Source: a virus
Lineage: Duplodnaviria > Caudoviricetes
Virus record (IMG/VR): IMGVR_UViG_3300044813_000005
Span: 1-62,585 of that record
Strand: one strand, 5' to 3'
DNA length: 62,585 bases
Made by a program: the position numbers and the translations under genes. This document shows positions 1 to 9,225 of the stretch, piece by piece. The notes under the pieces were generated by a model that saw only the letters and a list, made by a program, of their open reading frames with translations, did no database searches and was not told the origin of the DNA. Position 1 is the stretch's first letter; the number at the start of each line of letters is the position of its first letter.

Positions 1-531
1 GATCCGCCCGACCACCCCGGACGCGGTGAGACTGCCCGCCGTGTTCCTGCGGAGCGTCCTCACCGGCGTGCCGGCGGCCGCGAGGACGCCAGCAGCCAGG
101 TGAGAGGTCAGCCGGACCGCCACCCCGGACGGGGTCACCTGACCGGCGGGCTGCTTGCTCGCCTGCCGGAGCACCACCCCGGCCGCGGTCAGGCTCCCCG
201 CCACACTGCGGGTGCGGGTGGTGACCGTTCCCAGCAGGCCGGTAGCAGTCAGAGACCCGGCGAAGGTTTTCCGCCCGGCCCGCGCGACCGCCCCCGCCCC
301 GGTAACCGACCCGGCGGGCAGTTTGGCCGACTGCCGAACGACCACGCCGGCGGCGGTCAGCGACCCGGCCGGCTTCTTGCTGACCTGCCGGACCGGCACG
401 CCGGACGCGGTGAGCGAGCCCGCAGCCGAATGCGAGATCAGCCGCGCCACCGAGCCCGCGCCGGTCACCGACCCCGACACGGCCACCGGCGTGACCGTCG
501 GGGCGCCGTTGAACAGCAGGAGCAGGCTCAT
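1..531 (-). CDS. Repeat-rich virion structural protein, N-terminal part (continues at 62303-62585 across the contig break)
   Basis: ATG at 531 (MSLLLLFNGAPTVTP...), open to position 1, ~17-aa repeats AGSLTAxG; same repeat style resumes at the window end; not in ORF track because no stop in window. Confidence 0.75.
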   Translation of the reverse strand, partial: MSLLLLFNGAPTVTPVAVSGSVTGAGSVARLISHSAAGSLTASGVPVRQVSKKPAGSLTAAGVVVRQSAKLPAGSVTGAGAVARAGRKTFAGSLTATGLLGTVTTRTRSVAGSLTAAGVVLRQASKQPAGQVTPSGVAVRLTSHLAAGVLAAAGTPVRTLRRNTAGSLTASGVVGRI

Positions 532-544
532 CTACCCGCCCCTT

Positions 545-1216
545 CTACTGCGGTGCCCGCCAGCGGCCCGCGCGGCGGACCGGCGACGTGGACGCGGCGA
601 CCGCCCCAGGCCGCAAGGCCATGATCATCGACACCGCTTTGACGCTGGTGATCGACGCCGTACCCGTGCGGGTGTACGACCCGATCGGCTGCGCCGCCGA
701 GTAGTACATGGCCCCGGAGATGGTGTTCGCCGAGTCACCGAGCTCGGTGTCCGTGGAGGTCCACGTCGAGGCGTTGTCCGTGTCGAACCCCGACACGAGT
801 ACCGCGTTCGCTGTGACCGTCGTGATCGACGGGGTGACGTGCGCGGCGACAACCGAAGCGGACGGCTCCGCCACCCCCGACGGGGCCACATCCTCCGGGG
901 TGGTCGTGTCCACCCCGACGAACGGCGTTGCCAGGGCCACCCCCAGCGTCGCGGCGCCCCAGGTCACCGTGACCGTCGTCCCCTCGGAGCCGGTCATCAG
1001 CTTCCGGCCGAACGTCCCCTTCAACCCTGACGACTCGTCGACGCTGGTGAATGTCCACCCCGTCGCGGTGGGTGTGCCCGCCGTCGACCCGATGTTGTTC
1101 GCCAGCCAGATCACCACGTAGTCGTTCGCCGAGTAGGTGGGGAGGTTCACCGTCCACGTTGTCGCCGACGCGGCGGTGGTGACCGTCGCCGTCCCGGAGC
1201 GGGCGGTGATCGCCAC
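545..1216 (-). CDS. Virion structural/decoration protein (Thr/Ser/Ala-rich, beta-rich)
   Basis: 223 aa, typical codon usage, inside head operon. Confidence 0.6.
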   Translation of the reverse strand: MAITARSGTATVTTAASATTWTVNLPTYSANDYVVIWLANNIGSTAGTPTATGWTFTSVDESSGLKGTFGRKLMTGSEGTTVTVTWGAATLGVALATPFVGVDTTTPEDVAPSGVAEPSASVVAAHVTPSITTVTANAVLVSGFDTDNASTWTSTDTELGDSANTISGAMYYSAAQPIGSYTRTGTASITSVKAVSMIMALRPGAVAASTSPVRRAGRWRAPQ

Positions 1217-1235
1217 TCAGGCGGCGACGTAGTAG

Positions 1236-1700
1236 TCAGGCGTCAAGCACCGGAGAGGTACTCGCGAGCGCGCGGTCAGCCTGCGCTTGCCGCCGTGGGG
1301 ACAAGTCGTCATAGATAGCGCGGAGAAGATTCTGAGCGAGTGTGCCCGACACGCGCCACATGCCGACGTGATTCTTCGGGTGGTCGATGGTCCCGCCCCA
1401 ATACCGGCGCAACCGTTCCAAGCACCAGTCCTCTTTCTGGCCGATGGTGACGCGGCAACTCCGCGCCACGACACCCGCCCATCCCTCGCCCTCGTAAAAC
1501 CCGGCGGCCCAGGCAATCTCGCTCTTGTCAGGCACTTCTTGGGGGACAAGGTCAGGTCGGGTGTAACCGAGACGAGCCGCCCTCGACGCGCGGGACGCTC
1601 CATGGTTGCGGCACAGCGTGGAGCAATACTTCTGCCGCTTCGGCCCGCTTCGGTCCTGCTTCGGCGTGAATGGTTCGGAGCACTCAGGGCATACGTCCAT
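1236..1700 (-). CDS. Free-standing LAGLIDADG homing endonuclease with N-terminal Zn finger
   Basis: EIAWAAGFYEGEG motif; CPEC...KYCSTLC; leaderless extended -10 TGgTAACCT 6 nt before ATG. Confidence 0.85.
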   Translation of the reverse strand: MDVCPECSEPFTPKQDRSGPKRQKYCSTLCRNHGASRASRAARLGYTRPDLVPQEVPDKSEIAWAAGFYEGEGWAGVVARSCRVTIGQKEDWCLERLRRYWGGTIDHPKNHVGMWRVSGTLAQNLLRAIYDDLSPRRQAQADRALASTSPVLDA

Positions 1701-1730
1701 AGTGGCAGGTTACCATCTCCCCGGCACACG

Positions 1731-3197
1731 TTAGGCCGCCACATAATAGGCGACCGACACATCCCAGGTCGTCGCCACCGTGACAGCGAACGACAGCGCG
1801 GTCGCGGCGGGCAGCGCCCACGGCCCCGACGGAGGGAAGTTCACCGCCGCGCCGCCACCCGAGGGGGCCATCGGGAAGTCGAAGCAGTCGTTTATCACCG
1901 CCACCGCACCCGCCGCGGCGGGCAACGTCCCGGCGAACAGGCGCAGCACCGTCAACGTCGCACCCTCGTTCGCGCAGGTAATACCCGTCACGTAGATCCG
2001 CGTGCCCGCGGCGGGAGCGGCGATCAAAGTGGCCGCCGTAGCCTGCGCCACGTTCGCGTTCGCCCGCACCACCCGGCCGACCTGCCCGGCCGTCGCCGCC
2101 GTCGTGCCGGTCGCCGTGCCCACCGTCAGCGTCGGCGTTGGGTACAGCCCGCCGATGTTCGCCGCCGACGCCGACAGAGCTGGGTTGGGCTCGATCAGGA
2201 ACGGCCCCGGCTGGATGACCACCGCCACGGTGCCGGACGTGAACGCTGAGCATCGGACCCGGAAGTACGCCAGGCCGGGGAGGGCCACCGTGTACTGCCG
2301 GATGAACGCCGCAGCCGTGCTGATCGCCGTCGTCGACTCCGCGCCCGAACCGTCCTCGCGGATCGCGATGATCGGCGAATAGTTCAACCCGGCGTCGACG
2401 GACGCCTCAAAGATCAGCGTCCCCACGAACGCCGACGTGACCAGGTGGAACGTGGCGTTCCCCGCCGTAGCGGTCGCCGCGACGATCTGAGCTGTCGTCG
2501 ACGCGGTCACCGCCGAACCGGGCGCGTTCGCCACGGCCGCGCTGATCGAACCGGCGACAGCGGTCATCCCGCCCGACCCGCCGAGGCTCACCGACCCGAT
2601 GCTGTTCGACCCCGCCGGAATGCTCGCGTTCAAGAACACGGCACCCGACCCGGACGCCAGCCGGATCACAATCGCCGGCGTCCCCGTCAACGTCCCCGTC
2701 TGCCGCACCCGGAAATACTTAAGCCCCGACGCGTTGCCCCGCCACAGGCCACCCGCAGTCGCCGAGCTAGCCAGGATCGTGTTGATAACGCCGGACTGCC
2801 GGCCGTTCAGACTCTGCCAGTTCCCGTCGGTGCCGGTCGTCGAGTCCAGCGACCCCTCGAACCAGATGCTGCCCGTCGTCTGCCCGGTGATCTGCACCAT
2901 CCACGCCGAGTCACCGCCCGGCGCCAGCAGCGACACGACCGACCCGGCCGTAGACGCGCCAGACACGAACGCGCCCGTACCAGCCGGGGCTGCGACCACC
3001 GCATCCGTAGCGGTGATCGTCCCCGAGCCGGTCGTGTCCGGGTCCGACCCGATCGTGACCGGCATGCTGCCCGTCATCAGCGTCTCAGTGCCGCCGATGT
3101 TCAGGTCCAGGCCGACGATCTGCGTCTTGACACCCGCGCGGTCCTTGTCGCGGATCGCATCGCCAGTCCCGGCAGCTACCTGCGTGTTATCGGCGAT
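1731..3197 (-). CDS. Virion structural protein (beta-rich), probably initiated at non-canonical ATC
   Basis: Track ORF 1731-3077 extends in frame to ATC 3197 (ADNTQVAAGTGD...) behind GGAGGG; in-frame stop at 3228-3230. Confidence 0.65.
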   Translation of the reverse strand: MADNTQVAAGTGDAIRDKDRAGVKTQIVGLDLNIGGTETLMTGSMPVTIGSDPDTTGSGTITATDAVVAAPAGTGAFVSGASTAGSVVSLLAPGGDSAWMVQITGQTTGSIWFEGSLDSTTGTDGNWQSLNGRQSGVINTILASSATAGGLWRGNASGLKYFRVRQTGTLTGTPAIVIRLASGSGAVFLNASIPAGSNSIGSVSLGGSGGMTAVAGSISAAVANAPGSAVTASTTAQIVAATATAGNATFHLVTSAFVGTLIFEASVDAGLNYSPIIAIREDGSGAESTTAISTAAAFIRQYTVALPGLAYFRVRCSAFTSGTVAVVIQPGPFLIEPNPALSASAANIGGLYPTPTLTVGTATGTTAATAGQVGRVVRANANVAQATAATLIAAPAAGTRIYVTGITCANEGATLTVLRLFAGTLPAAAGAVAVINDCFDFPMAPSGGGAAVNFPPSGPWALPAATALSFAVTVATTWDVSVAYYVAA

Positions 3198-3234
3198 GTC
3201 AATCCCTCCAAGCCGGGCCGCGACGGGTCACGGG

Positions 3235-3402
3235 CTACAGGTCCAGCGTGTTCGTGTGCCCGCACATGTCGACCCCGTTCGCCAAGGGTGACGGGCACTT
3301 CCACACCACCCGCGGCGGATGGTCCGCAGCGGGGGTGGCAATCTCCGACCGCTTCTTGCACTTCGAGCAGGTCACCCGCAAGGTCTTGTCGGCCATTGAC
3401 AT
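3235..3402 (-). CDS. Small Zn-ribbon protein
   Basis: CSKC...C...CGH, purine-rich RBS, AT-rich upstream. Confidence 0.6.
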   Translation of the reverse strand: MSMADKTLRVTCSKCKKRSEIATPAADHPPRVVWKCPSPLANGVDMCGHTNTLDL

Positions 3403-3429
3403 GCCGCCCTTCCCCAATTACATTATGAA

Positions 3430-4101
3430 TTATGAACCGGCAGGCATTGTCAGGGAATATGTGAATTGGATTGCTTCAGAACTCGCGAGGTTTACCACAG
3501 CGAATACGGAACGATCCAACAAAGTCCCGCCGCCGGTCGCCGCCTGCGAGAAGATGCCGTGCTCGGTGATCGCCGCCGCAGCATCCACCGTCACCGTCGC
3601 CACCGTCTGGAAGATGCCCGTACCACCCGACACCAGCGTGCCCGTCGGGCGGGTGTTGTCCGTCAGGTACTGGGTGGTCAGCTCGGTCACCAGCGCCGTG
3701 TCCGACGACGCCTCCGCCGTCGACCCGGTGCCCATCCCGTGGTACTTCATGTTCTCAAGCTCGGTGGTGTTCAGGAACGCGTCCCGGATGAAGTTCACCC
3801 CGGCCGTGGTCACCACCCGGCCGGAGATCAGCCCCAGGTCGACGGTCCGGTCCGTGTAGTGGACCTCCGCCCACAATGCGCCCACGAACGTCGGGCCTCG
3901 CCCACGCTGGGCGTCTTCGAGGTCGCGGATTCCCCGGTACAGGTTCGGCTCGTTCGCCTGCTTCCAGGCGCGGACCTCCGCCGGCTGACCCGGGCGTGGC
4001 AGGCCGAAGTGGCGTGCCACGTCCAGGGTCAGCTCAGGCTTGGGGGCGCGCAGGACCGTCATGGTCAGCGACCCCTGCGGCCGTGCGATTCCGACAGTCA
4101 T
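3430..4101 (-). CDS. Virion structural protein
   Basis: 223 aa, VVTTAGVNF...GMGTG...DTAL...ITEHGIF motifs typical of phage structural proteins. Confidence 0.65.
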   Translation of the reverse strand: MTVGIARPQGSLTMTVLRAPKPELTLDVARHFGLPRPGQPAEVRAWKQANEPNLYRGIRDLEDAQRGRGPTFVGALWAEVHYTDRTVDLGLISGRVVTTAGVNFIRDAFLNTTELENMKYHGMGTGSTAEASSDTALVTELTTQYLTDNTRPTGTLVSGGTGIFQTVATVTVDAAAAITEHGIFSQAATGGGTLLDRSVFAVVNLASSEAIQFTYSLTMPAGS

Positions 4102-4128
4102 GCGCGCTCCCAGCCTCTCGCGGTTGTC

Positions 4129-4380
4129 TCAGACGTCCGGGTTGGTCGCCTCGCGGCGCGCGGCCACCGGGTCGGCCTGCGTCTCCGGGACGGGCTTGCC
4201 GGCTGCGGCACCCTTCACCGTGTAGTTCTCGTTCGGGGTCTGGTCGACCTCGGTGCCGCGGTAGCCCTTCTGCGTCTCCTCGTCGACGACTTCCTGCACC
4301 TCGTCGAGCGCCTTGTCCACGTCCTTGTCTTCGGCCTTCTGGCGATCCCCGGTGGGGCCGGCCTTCTTCGCGTCAACCAT
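4129..4380 (-). CDS. Small acidic head-associated protein
   Basis: ATG 4380 with AAGGAG RBS; follows capsid genes. Confidence 0.6.
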   Translation of the reverse strand: MVDAKKAGPTGDRQKAEDKDVDKALDEVQEVVDEETQKGYRGTEVDQTPNENYTVKGAAAGKPVPETQADPVAARREATNPDV

Positions 4381-4382
4381 GC

Positions 4383-4772
4383 TCAGCTCCTTGACCTTCG
4401 GCCCTCGGCGCGGCCGGTAGTGGGGTTGGCGACCCGGTCCGGCGGCACCGTCCCGGCGTTGTTCGCGGCGACCGTGTAGCTCGCCGACTCCGTACCTGTC
4501 TCCGGGGACCATCCGGTGAACCCCAGCGACCCGTCGGTCAGCCCGCCGACCGTCGCCGACCGGGAGCCGGTGGCCGTCGCCGCAGCCGACAGCGTGGCGG
4601 CCGTATCCGACGCCACGGCCGACAAGGTCGCGTTCGCGGGGATGCCCGTCGCGGTGATCTTCCGGCCCACGTCGGACGTGTCGAACGTGCCCGCGGCCGC
4701 CGTGACCGCCGTGGACGCGTTCGTTGTGGTGACCGTGACCGACCGCTGGTCGGTCGTCCGACCGGCGACCAT
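4383..4772 (-). CDS. Putative capsid decoration protein
   Basis: TGATG coupling with major capsid stop; Thr/Ala-rich. Confidence 0.6.
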   Translation of the reverse strand: MVAGRTTDQRSVTVTTTNASTAVTAAAGTFDTSDVGRKITATGIPANATLSAVASDTAATLSAAATATGSRSATVGGLTDGSLGFTGWSPETGTESASYTVAANNAGTVPPDRVANPTTGRAEGRRSRS

Positions 4773-5722
4773 CAGGCAGCCGTACGCAGCACGGCGACCG
4801 GGTAGCGGTTGGCGTCGGTCGGCTGGTCGTTGTTGATCGTGTTCGCGACCTGCCAGCCCACCCGGAAGGTGAGGCGGAGGAACGTCAGGTCCTGCTGGAA
4901 CGAGTTGTACACGATCGCCCCGGTGCCGTCCTGGATGACGGCCTCGTTGCTGATCTTGAGCGTGATGTCCTGCCGGACGGCGAGAACGAACTGCTGCCAG
5001 TCCCCGACGAACATGCGGACACCGGTGCCGGCACCGGTCGGCCACATGCCGCGCATCGGGTAGACGATCGGGTTGCCGTCGAACTCGGTGAACGAGCCGT
5101 TCGCCCGGCCGGCGTCCAACTGCTCACCCTGCGTGGACCGTGACGTGCGGAGCTTCGCCCGAACCGTCGTCGAAGCGACGATCCCGGTCGCGTCATAGCC
5201 GTCGGCCTCCAACGTCGCCAGCGCGGCGTCCATGTCGCCGTAGAACGCGCCCGCAGCGGCGGCGGAGCCTTCCGTCACCGAGTTACCGGCGGCGGCGGCG
5301 GCGGTCATCACGTTCGTCGGGAACGACGCCGGCGCGTTCGTCCCGAAGAACACGGCACCGTCGAGGGTCCGGCCGACCGCCTCGGTGAGCAGCGGCATCG
5401 CCGAGTCCCAGATGTTCGCGTCGACGTCGGCGAGCACATTGTCGGGGACCGGGATGATGACCGCGATCTCCTCGATGTTGAGGTACTTGTTGCTCCAGTT
5501 GATCTCGCTGGTCTGCTTGAGTCCGGTGTCGCCGGCGACCCAGTACGCGGTCGGGAGGGCGGACAGGACGGGGAAACGAACCTGCGCCCGGCTGACCGGG
5601 ACCCGGCGGAACAGGGTGAGGGCAGCGGACTGCCGGGTTGCGAACCCGAGCATGTCGTTGCTGACTTCCTCGGGGATCAGCGCACCAACGTCGGTGCGAC
5701 TCGTGAGGTTGTTGTAGGCCAC
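4772..5722 (-). CDS. Major capsid protein (HK97 fold)
   Basis: LIPEEVS, AYWV, EEIAVIIPV, GDWQ, RQDIT, FQQDL motifs; GAGGAGG RBS; after scaffold. Confidence 0.92.
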   Translation of the reverse strand: MAYNNLTSRTDVGALIPEEVSNDMLGFATRQSAALTLFRRVPVSRAQVRFPVLSALPTAYWVAGDTGLKQTSEINWSNKYLNIEEIAVIIPVPDNVLADVDANIWDSAMPLLTEAVGRTLDGAVFFGTNAPASFPTNVMTAAAAAGNSVTEGSAAAAGAFYGDMDAALATLEADGYDATGIVASTTVRAKLRTSRSTQGEQLDAGRANGSFTEFDGNPIVYPMRGMWPTGAGTGVRMFVGDWQQFVLAVRQDITLKISNEAVIQDGTGAIVYNSFQQDLTFLRLTFRVGWQVANTINNDQPTDANRYPVAVLRTAA

Positions 5723-5784
5723 GGGTCCTCCTCGGACTCAAGGGATGAGCAGCGGTCCCCGCGGCCTGCCGGGAGCTGCGTTTG

Positions 5785-6339
5785 CTAGCTGACGCCCGCC
5801 TGGCGGCGGATCAGCCGGTCCATGCCGTTCGGGCCGACACCGGTGGTGCCGTTCCGCTGCCCGCCGTCGAAGCTGGCGGGCGGCTTCTCCACCCCCAGGT
5901 AGGGGCGCGCTTTCAGTAGTGCTTCGACCTCGCGGGCGATGGCCTTGTCGTCGACCTCGCCGTCGTCGCCGACGAACTCGCCGAGGCGGCCTTGCAGGTG
6001 CGCCACGGCGTCTTCGGGGTCTTTGAACTTCCCGCCTGCCGCCGCACGGACCGATAGGCCCGCGAGGCGGGTCGTGTACTTGGCGGCCACGGCCTGTTCG
6101 GTTTCCTGCCGGGCGGCGAGGACCGCCTTCTCCAAGTCGGTGCCCTGCTCTGCCTTGATCTTCGCGAGCTCCCGGGCGGCGTCGGCGTTGGCCTTCGCCC
6201 GCGCCTCCTGCTTGCGCGCCAGGTCCTGCTGGACCTTGAACCGGGCCTCCCAGTCGATGTCCTCGCCTTGCGGGGTGTTGTCCGGCGCCGGTGCGTCGTG
6301 CTGCTGGCCGGCGGGGTCTGGCTGCTGTTCCTCGGACAT
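5785..6339 (-). CDS. Capsid scaffolding protein
   Basis: Coiled-coil, FKDPEDAV...RPYL, immediately upstream of capsid gene. Confidence 0.85.
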   Translation of the reverse strand: MSEEQQPDPAGQQHDAPAPDNTPQGEDIDWEARFKVQQDLARKQEARAKANADAARELAKIKAEQGTDLEKAVLAARQETEQAVAAKYTTRLAGLSVRAAAGGKFKDPEDAVAHLQGRLGEFVGDDGEVDDKAIAREVEALLKARPYLGVEKPPASFDGGQRNGTTGVGPNGMDRLIRRQAGVS

Positions 6340-6393
6340 GGTGATGCCACCTGCTTCCCGTTGCGGGATGGGCCGGGCCCGTTGCGGGCCGGG

Positions 6394-6690
6394 TTATGCG
6401 TGTACGCCTGGACCGGTTACCCGGTAGCGCAGGCATACGGTGCCGAGGGTCGCGGGGGCGTCGCGCCACCCGTGGTCCTCGGTGTTGTGGGTCTGCCCGT
6501 CGGGGAGCGCGTCGGCTGTCCCACGGACGTAGTAGCTGGCGAGGATGCTCGCCGACAGCGGGTCCACCGTCCTGCCCTGCGCTGCTTGGGCTGCCGTTGC
6601 GGCGGCCAGCGCGGTCAGCAGGGTGGTGCCGGGCGGGTACAGGGACACGCGCCAGCCGAAGTCGGCGGCGCCGTACGGGATCTCAGTCAC
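6394..6690 (-). CDS. Hypothetical protein
   Basis: GTGA coupling with upstream ORF, in operon orientation. Confidence 0.5.
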   Translation of the reverse strand: MTEIPYGAADFGWRVSLYPPGTTLLTALAAATAAQAAQGRTVDPLSASILASYYVRGTADALPDGQTHNTEDHGWRDAPATLGTVCLRYRVTGPGVHA

Positions 6691-6848
6691 GCCGCTGGCG
6701 TGGTCGGCGCGGGGGTCGGGTCCGGTGTGGTCGGCGCCGGCGTGACCGGCGAGGTCGGTTCGGACATGTGCTCACCCCCCTCGGATCGGATGGCTTGCAG
6801 GCGGGCCAGAACGTCTTGGGGGAGCCGCGCGGCGATCGGTGTGTCCAT
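6687..6848 (-). CDS. Small Pro/Thr-rich hypothetical protein
   Basis: TGATG coupling to MuF-like stop; alternative start at MSEPT. Confidence 0.4.
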   Translation of the reverse strand: MDTPIAARLPQDVLARLQAIRSEGGEHMSEPTSPVTPAPTTPDPTPAPTTPAA

Positions 6849-7363
6849 CAGGCGGGGACCGGCTTCTGCACGCACTGGCAGCCCTGGTGATGCCAGATCG
6901 GCGTCGTCAGCGGCAAAGTGGGCCCGGTCAGCCCCCGGCACGTGGCGCAGGCACCGCCGCGGGCCTGCCGCGTCCAGCCGGTCACGTTGGGCTGCCGCTG
7001 CAACGCGTCACCCCATCCGAACTGCCCGGCCTCGAACACCCGCCACCGCGCCAGCCGACCCAACCCGGCCTCCGGGTCGTCCCCGTCCAACACCGTGCTG
7101 ACGGCCTTGGTCAGCGCGTCCTCCGCGTCCGGGCCGACCACCCCCGTCGGGACGGCCTCAGTGTCGCCTTCCTCGGCGAGCATGTCCGCAAGCGCCTGGT
7201 CGGCCTGCTGCACCGCCGCCTCCATCACCACCGCCAGCAGCGCGACCGCCGCCGCCGTGAAGCCGGCCCGGTCGACCTTCCCCTGCGCGTACGCGGCGTG
7301 CAACGCGCCGATCTGCGCCTCCGCATGGTCGGCAAGCTGAGCCTGCTGCTGCCGGTACGACAA
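6848..7363 (-). CDS. MuF-like head morphogenesis protein
   Basis: GWTR..ACATC...HHQGCQC; directly after portal. Confidence 0.75.
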   Translation of the reverse strand: MSYRQQQAQLADHAEAQIGALHAAYAQGKVDRAGFTAAAVALLAVVMEAAVQQADQALADMLAEEGDTEAVPTGVVGPDAEDALTKAVSTVLDGDDPEAGLGRLARWRVFEAGQFGWGDALQRQPNVTGWTRQARGGACATCRGLTGPTLPLTTPIWHHQGCQCVQKPVPA

Positions 7364-8956
7364 CTACGGCCCCGCGTTCGCGTTCGGCGGGGTCAACCCG
7401 TTCGGCGGGGTCCGCTCACCAGCCCCGCCCTGCGACTGCGGCAGCCCGATCGACTGCTGCCCCGGCGGCTGCGCGTTCAGCCCGGCCAACATGGCCCGGG
7501 CGGCGTTCCGCGAAGCCTCCGCGTCCAACGCTTTCCGGTTCCGGTCGATCTGACCCGGCGTGTAACCCAGGTCCTCCATCGACTGCTCCCACGACGTCAG
7601 ACCCGACTGCCGCCGTTTGATAACCGCGTCGGTGAGCTGCGCCGGCCCCCGGTACTCCGGGTCCCGCCACAACGTCTCCGTCCCCAAGTCCGCAGCCCGC
7701 GGGTCACCGGCCGCGGCGAGGTACAGGCGGACGACCTCCTCCAACGCCTCCGCGAACGACCGGCGCCGCTGCCGCACCTTCGACACCAGCCCCGACTCGG
7801 CGGCCTGCAACGCCTCCGCGCTGATGTTCACCATCTCCCCCAGCAGATACTGCGAGGGGGTGCGGGTGCGGGCTGCGATGTCCTTCACGTCCTCGTTCTT
7901 CGCCGCGCTGTACGGGTCCAGCGGGGCGGTGGCGAACTGCCCGAACGCCACCCCCTCCGACGCGGTCAGCAGCCGGTTCCGGCCGATGTCCACCCGGACC
8001 GCCGACGACGACGGCGCCGACGTGGTGGTCGACGGCTGCCCGGCGTCCTCGTCCTCGTCGTTGGGCCAGCCCGTCGCCCACTTCTGCGGGAACGCCCCGA
8101 AGTCCTGCGTCATCAGCCGGTCCGCGATCGTCTTGTTCACGCGGTCCTGGATGTCGATGACGTCGCTGATCTCCGGCGTCCCCGCATACACCAGCGTGTT
8201 ATGCATGAAATATGACTGCGGGTTGTTCCGCAGTTCCACCGCCGGGACCACACCCAGCGGGTTCGGCGCCGGCCACGACTCGTCACCGACCACCCGGGGG
8301 AACCAGTTCCGGGGCGACGAATGCCGCGACCCGGCGAACTTGAACACCCAGTCCGGCAAGTACAAGGTGGCGAACGTCTGCCCCGCCCGGTCGTCGTACC
8401 AGACCTTCAACGCCGCGGCGCGGATCCGCACATCACCCGGCTCGTAGCCGATGACGAACTGCGCCGGATGCTCCACCGTCACCCGCGGCGTCCGCCCGTC
8501 GTACGGGTTCGGCGCGACCAGCATGTACGACGATCCGGTCTTCGCCGCCTCCAAGAACGCTTCACCCGACGCGGCGTCCAAGTTGTTCGCCTGCCAGATC
8601 CGCCACGCCTCCGCATCTCCCGTCTCCGGCGACCCTGCGGCCGTGCCGACGCGGAACCCGAGGACTTCCAGCCGCTCACAGAACGCGTCGACGACCAGAC
8701 CCATGTAGTTCGTCCGGGTCATCTGCAAGATCCGCCGGAACGAGTCCTGCGCCTGCGGGGCCAACCACGGCAACGGATGGTCACCCCGGTAATAGCCGTC
8801 ATACAGCTCGATCGCGGGCAGGCGGTCGTGGAGTTCGGAGTACAGCCGCTCCACCCACCACAACGGCTCACCGACGATCGACGCCGGCGCCAGGCCCGCC
8901 GTGGCGGTGGTCAGCAGGTTCGGGCTGGTCTGCTCCAACGCCAGCGGGAACGTCAC
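7364..8956 (-). CDS. Portal protein (SPP1 gp6-like)
   Basis: YYRGDH, NYMGLVVD, WQANNLD, NPLGVVP, AFPQKWATG, SAEAL motifs. Confidence 0.93.
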   Translation of the reverse strand: MTFPLALEQTSPNLLTTATAGLAPASIVGEPLWWVERLYSELHDRLPAIELYDGYYRGDHPLPWLAPQAQDSFRRILQMTRTNYMGLVVDAFCERLEVLGFRVGTAAGSPETGDAEAWRIWQANNLDAASGEAFLEAAKTGSSYMLVAPNPYDGRTPRVTVEHPAQFVIGYEPGDVRIRAAALKVWYDDRAGQTFATLYLPDWVFKFAGSRHSSPRNWFPRVVGDESWPAPNPLGVVPAVELRNNPQSYFMHNTLVYAGTPEISDVIDIQDRVNKTIADRLMTQDFGAFPQKWATGWPNDEDEDAGQPSTTTSAPSSSAVRVDIGRNRLLTASEGVAFGQFATAPLDPYSAAKNEDVKDIAARTRTPSQYLLGEMVNISAEALQAAESGLVSKVRQRRRSFAEALEEVVRLYLAAAGDPRAADLGTETLWRDPEYRGPAQLTDAVIKRRQSGLTSWEQSMEDLGYTPGQIDRNRKALDAEASRNAARAMLAGLNAQPPGQQSIGLPQSQGGAGERTPPNGLTPPNANAGP

Positions 8957-9207
8957 AGCCGGGCGCTCTCAGGGACGACGGCGGCCCAGCGGGTGGCGAA
9001 CAGCACGTACGCCTCCCCGGTCAGACGGTGCTCGGCCTCTTGGACAACGATCTGCGGCTCACGGTCAGTACGGAGACGGCCGCCGACGTGCTGGCACTGC
9101 TCGTCGGCCTTCCCGCGCAGCTTCTCCAACACCCCGGCGAGCGCACCGTCGGCGGTCAGGTCGTCGCGGGGCACTTCGAGAGTCACGTCGAGGAGCACAT
9201 CACGCAC
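8953..9207 (-). CDS. Hypothetical protein
   Basis: Between terL and portal, GTGA overlap with portal. Confidence 0.55.
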   Translation of the reverse strand: MRDVLLDVTLEVPRDDLTADGALAGVLEKLRGKADEQCQHVGGRLRTDREPQIVVQEAEHRLTGEAYVLFATRWAAVVPESARL

Positions 9208-9225
9208 AGCAAGTAGCCCCTCGTG

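Noticed and set aside
1236-1700. Group I intron around the LAGLIDADG gene
   Set aside because: Only ~30 nt of flanking non-coding sequence; no room for a ribozyme core
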